A stretch of DNA of 64,000 nt from Macrostomum lignano (Eukaryota): NCBI GenBank assembly GCA_002269645.1, contig NIVC01001968.1:55800-119799 (forward strand). Reading direction: 5' to 3'. Both the position numbers and the translations under genes were made by a program. The notes beneath the pieces are model-generated. The model was given only the letters and a program-made list of their open reading frames with translations. It did no database searches and was not told where the DNA came from. Below, one piece after another: positions 60,613 through 64,000 of this stretch. The first letter of the stretch is position 1. Every line of letters begins with the position of its first letter.

Positions 60613-61101
60613 TTTTTGACCTTGTTGCGACGCAGACTGTGACCACCACTTCTGTACACCAGCAGCAAGCAGTCAGCTAAAAACGATCCCCTGTCAGACC
60701 GTCAGCTTCAACCGACGTAGCATGCTTCACCATCGTACGGAAAAGAGTCCTTGGCGCCCCCCGCGAAAGACCACAGAGGATTGGACACTGCACCAAAAGG
60801 AGCCCAGGCGTCTGGGCCGACCCTTCGCTCCAGTCCCAGAAAGCTGTTGATATGCAAAGTTTATGCAAATTTTGATAATCCCTGGCTACCCGCGATCTGG
60901 GGCCGGTCTAAGAGCGTTCGGGGTTGCGGCCGCTGGCTGGGCGTGCATCTCCATAACTCCATCAAGCAGTGTTTAACATATAAATGAACGGGCCATAATT
61001 GAATAGTGACTCTCCGGCTGAGACTGCCGGCTGGGAAGCGAGGGGGGGGGTGGAGGAGGAGGAGGAGATGAGCGGCGAGGAGATTCCGGGAGGCGAACGG
61101 A

Positions 61102-61294
61102 TATAAAGAGACGCCGCGCTCCCGTCTTGATGTTGGCAACTCTCGTCGGTCTCTAGGCCGGGCTTCGCAACGCGTGTCCTGCCGCTTGCTTCTTGGCTGC
61201 TGGCTCCTGGAAGAAGAAGATTAAAAAAGAAAGAAGACTTAAAGAGACTGGCAACCATGCGGTTGCTCTGAGCTGCGACAGTGTCAGAGGGCAG
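61102..61294 (+). promoter_or_regulatory. Putative TATA promoter and non-coding first exon of an unidentified plus-strand gene
   Basis: TATAAA at 61102-61107 after a GC/purine-rich block; donor CAG|GTAAGA at 61295; 4-codon uORF ATG CGG TTG CTC TGA at 61257. Confidence 0.45.
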
Positions 61295-62334
61295 GTAAGA
61301 GAACGACTGTCATTGGCCATCCTAAAACTCCTTCCCCAACCCTTCTCGCACTACAAAGTGATCAACGGGTTTAATTAAAACAAACTGTAGCCGAAATTAA
61401 ATGCAAATTCCAGTTCCCCCGAAGACAACACGCGGCCGCTCACTGGACAGCGTCTTCCAGGGGGCAGTAAGGCTTTAGAAAATAAACTAACTCAACAGGG
61501 AATTAGTAGCGACTTTACTATACCAGCTATAGCCATTTTTACTGCTTTGAGTTGGTGTGAAAATCCAGGAGACAAAAAAACACTACAGAGATGGCTGACT
61601 GACTGACTGACTGATGAAGACTGATGAAGACTGAAGACCAATCAAGCGGTCCGCGCCTTGGCACTGAAAATTCGACTCATCCTTCCGAGCCTCAACACCT
61701 CGGACTTGTGCGAGTCTGGCGCTACTGTTTAATAAGCTCATTTGAGAGGGGGGACGGCTCTCGCTCGCCGCCTTCATTCATTTGGCTGTAGAAGCAGAAG
61801 AAAAATGAGCAGGCTGAGAGAGAGAGAAGTTTTCTAACGGGATTTATCCCACACTCCCACACCGAGCACGCGTCCCGACTCCAAGGGGCCGACGGACCGC
61901 GAGCTCTGATGAAACTCCGAGGTCCTAATTCCCAAATCAATCAGACGGACTTGGGACTCGGCCTGTCGGCGAACGCCGGCGGAGAAAATGAGAAAGAGAG
62001 AGAGAGAGGGAATAAGATCCCCTACTGTGGATCCGGAGAATCTTCTGGTGTCTCCGCGACTTCGCGCCCCCAACGGACTGGCAGAGAAACTGCAGGGGAG
62101 ACGAGGAGAGCACATGGGGATAGGAGGGAAAAAGTCCCCCAATCTATTCTGTCTGCCTGAGCTGCCCGCACCGACTCAAGCAGGGTGGGAATTCATCTTT
62201 TTAGAGGATTTGGAGGGATATTGGCGTGGGCTGGGGAGTTTTTGGGGCTCGACAGGCGATCCTGAGCGGCTGCCTGCTGGACACGAACTGCATGGGCTCT
62301 CGTAGCATAACTTGGGCACGCTTCGCTGAGATGA

Positions 62335-62790
62335 ACTGAGACAGACACTGAGACAGACACTGAGACAGACACTGAGACAGACACTGAGACAGACACTGAG
62401 ACAGACACTGAGACAGACACTGAGACAGACACTGAGACAGACACTGAGACAGACACTGAGACAGACACTGAGACAGACACTAAGACAGACACTAAGACAG
62501 ACACTGAGACAGACACTGAGACAGACACTGAGACAGACACTGAGACAGACACTGGGACAGACACTGAGACAGACACTGAGACAGACACTGAGACAGACAC
62601 TGAGACAGACACTGAGACAGACACTGAGACAGACACTGAGACAGACACTGAGACAGACACTGATACAGACACTGAGACACTGAGACAGAGACACTGAGAC
62701 AGAAACACTGAGACAGACACTGAGACAGACACTGAGACAGACACTAAGACAGACATTGAGACAAACACTGAGACAGACACCAAGACAGGC
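62335..62790 (-). repeat. 12-bp satellite (GAGACAGACACT)n, reverse complement of the 39.7-41.0 kb array
   Basis: Direct reading. Confidence 0.97.
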
Positions 62791-63690
62791 CAAATGTAAT
62801 TCGACAATACTGAATAGGCAAAGCGCCTGCCACAAAAAAGTGTCTCAATTTCCAGCTGGTTTAAGCCTCGGGCCCAATGTTGCACTTCCTGGCCTGGCCG
62901 GAGCCACACTTTCCCCGCTGTATCTTATTACGAAATTTTTAATTAAGGAAATTTAATAGCCATAACTTTGCTGTCGAAGCCCAGCAAAACACGCAGCAGG
63001 AGTAGCAGCAGCTCAAAACTCCGCCACATGTAGCGAAGGCCGAATTGCATTGAGGATTCTCACTTCGAACGCGTCCCAAGTCGTGTCTGATGAGGCCAAA
63101 TTGCCCGGAGTTTGGCTGGGCCTTCCGACTAGTCGCTACAAAAGAGGGGCAACAAAAAAACCAACACACACAGACACACACACTGGAATTCATCTCCCAA
63201 ATGCCTTGCAAAGTGAAAGATATTGTTGAAAAGACGAAATCGCATCCCTAATTCCCGGACACCAGCCAAAGGGCGGGGAAGTTTTCACCCCAGAGTCTGG
63301 ACTCAGAACTCTGGAGACACCATCGTGAGAGGAGCGAATGTGGGATAATTTTTAATTCCTTTCGCTGTCCAGTTTCCCCCAAACATTCCTGGTGGCTGTT
63401 TTTTGCTCGATTTTCTTCGGGCACGTTTCTCGGCTTTGCGCATGAGCGCACGTCGCTTCATGCAGAGGTGCGAAAGTTGAGCAGAGTTCAAGAACCAAAT
63501 AGTGGAAATTAATTAATTAACTTTCACCTCTTCGATTTTCTATAGGTCTGATTTGAAGAGTGAACTCAAGTGACAGCTTCTGAGACAGCGATTGCGCGGC
63601 AGGTGTCAGAAAGGGACAGAATAATCACCTTGAGAAGTGCTCACTATCGTAGGGCATGAGAACAGCTATACAAAATTTCAGGATCGCTAT

Positions 63691-64000
63691 GTGCACCCTG
63701 GTGCACTTTAAGCGACATTGTCACACAACTGGCGAGAGGCATTACTGGCCATTCCGCCGACTCCCCTGAGCAGGCACATATTTCCACAGGAGTGTACAGC
63801 TGCCCTAACTATATTGTTAGGCATGTACACTTCTTCACTGTACCTTGGGGGTTGCCCTCAAGGGTACTAATTGCACGAGCAGAGCCAAGCCGAGATTTCC
63901 AATTTAGCCTCAAATTAATGTGACTGCACTTGGAATCGAGCCTGGGCCACTGGTACATACTCTTAGGAGCAAAGCGCCGCGCCAGACCGCTAGTCTACGA
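63691..64000 (-). mobile_element. tRNA-derived SINE, family B, copy 2 (head at window edge)
   Basis: Reverse complement has TAGACTAGCGG (box A), GCTCGATTCCAAGTGCAGTCA and the same core and 3' end as 31893-32235. Confidence 0.85.

Noticed and set aside
12190-62909. Long low-complexity ORFs (e.g. 13586, 21375, 39618, 41485, 42628, 55798, 58522, 62176)
   Set aside because: Each coincides with a tandem array and is open in several frames or strands; repeat artefacts.
63303-63491. Basic ORF MKRRALMRKAEKRARRKSSKK (NLS-like)
   Set aside because: 62 aa with no homology and no clear splice context.

Overview
Eukaryotic (animal) genomic DNA: GC-rich spliced exons separated by about 30 short-unit tandem-repeat arrays that cover roughly 40% of the window (my hand estimate, ~25 kb). 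The style suggests a free-living flatworm such as Macrostomum; this is inference, not a database match. I can support five protein-coding loci: the large 3' exon of Axin (+), a two-exon Tob (-), a complete 10-coding-exon aromatic-L-amino-acid (DOPA) decarboxylase (+), a three-exon Not-class homeobox gene with an eh1 motif (-), and an ORF encoding only the C-terminal module of an ACK/TNK2 kinase (-). Also present are two tRNA-derived SINE families, an RTE-like LINE 3' fragment, two MITE-like inverted-repeat elements, a foldback-like triplet of satellite arrays, and two orphan TATA-box first exons. Best novelty candidate: the ACK-tail locus looks like a stand-alone, kinase-less protein (MGNRES myristoylation-type start, Mig6-type EGFR-binding motif, UBA) with its own promoter and non-coding first exon, i.e. 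a possible invertebrate Mig6-like feedback regulator. Almost all long ORFs in the supplied track are artefacts of tandem repeats.
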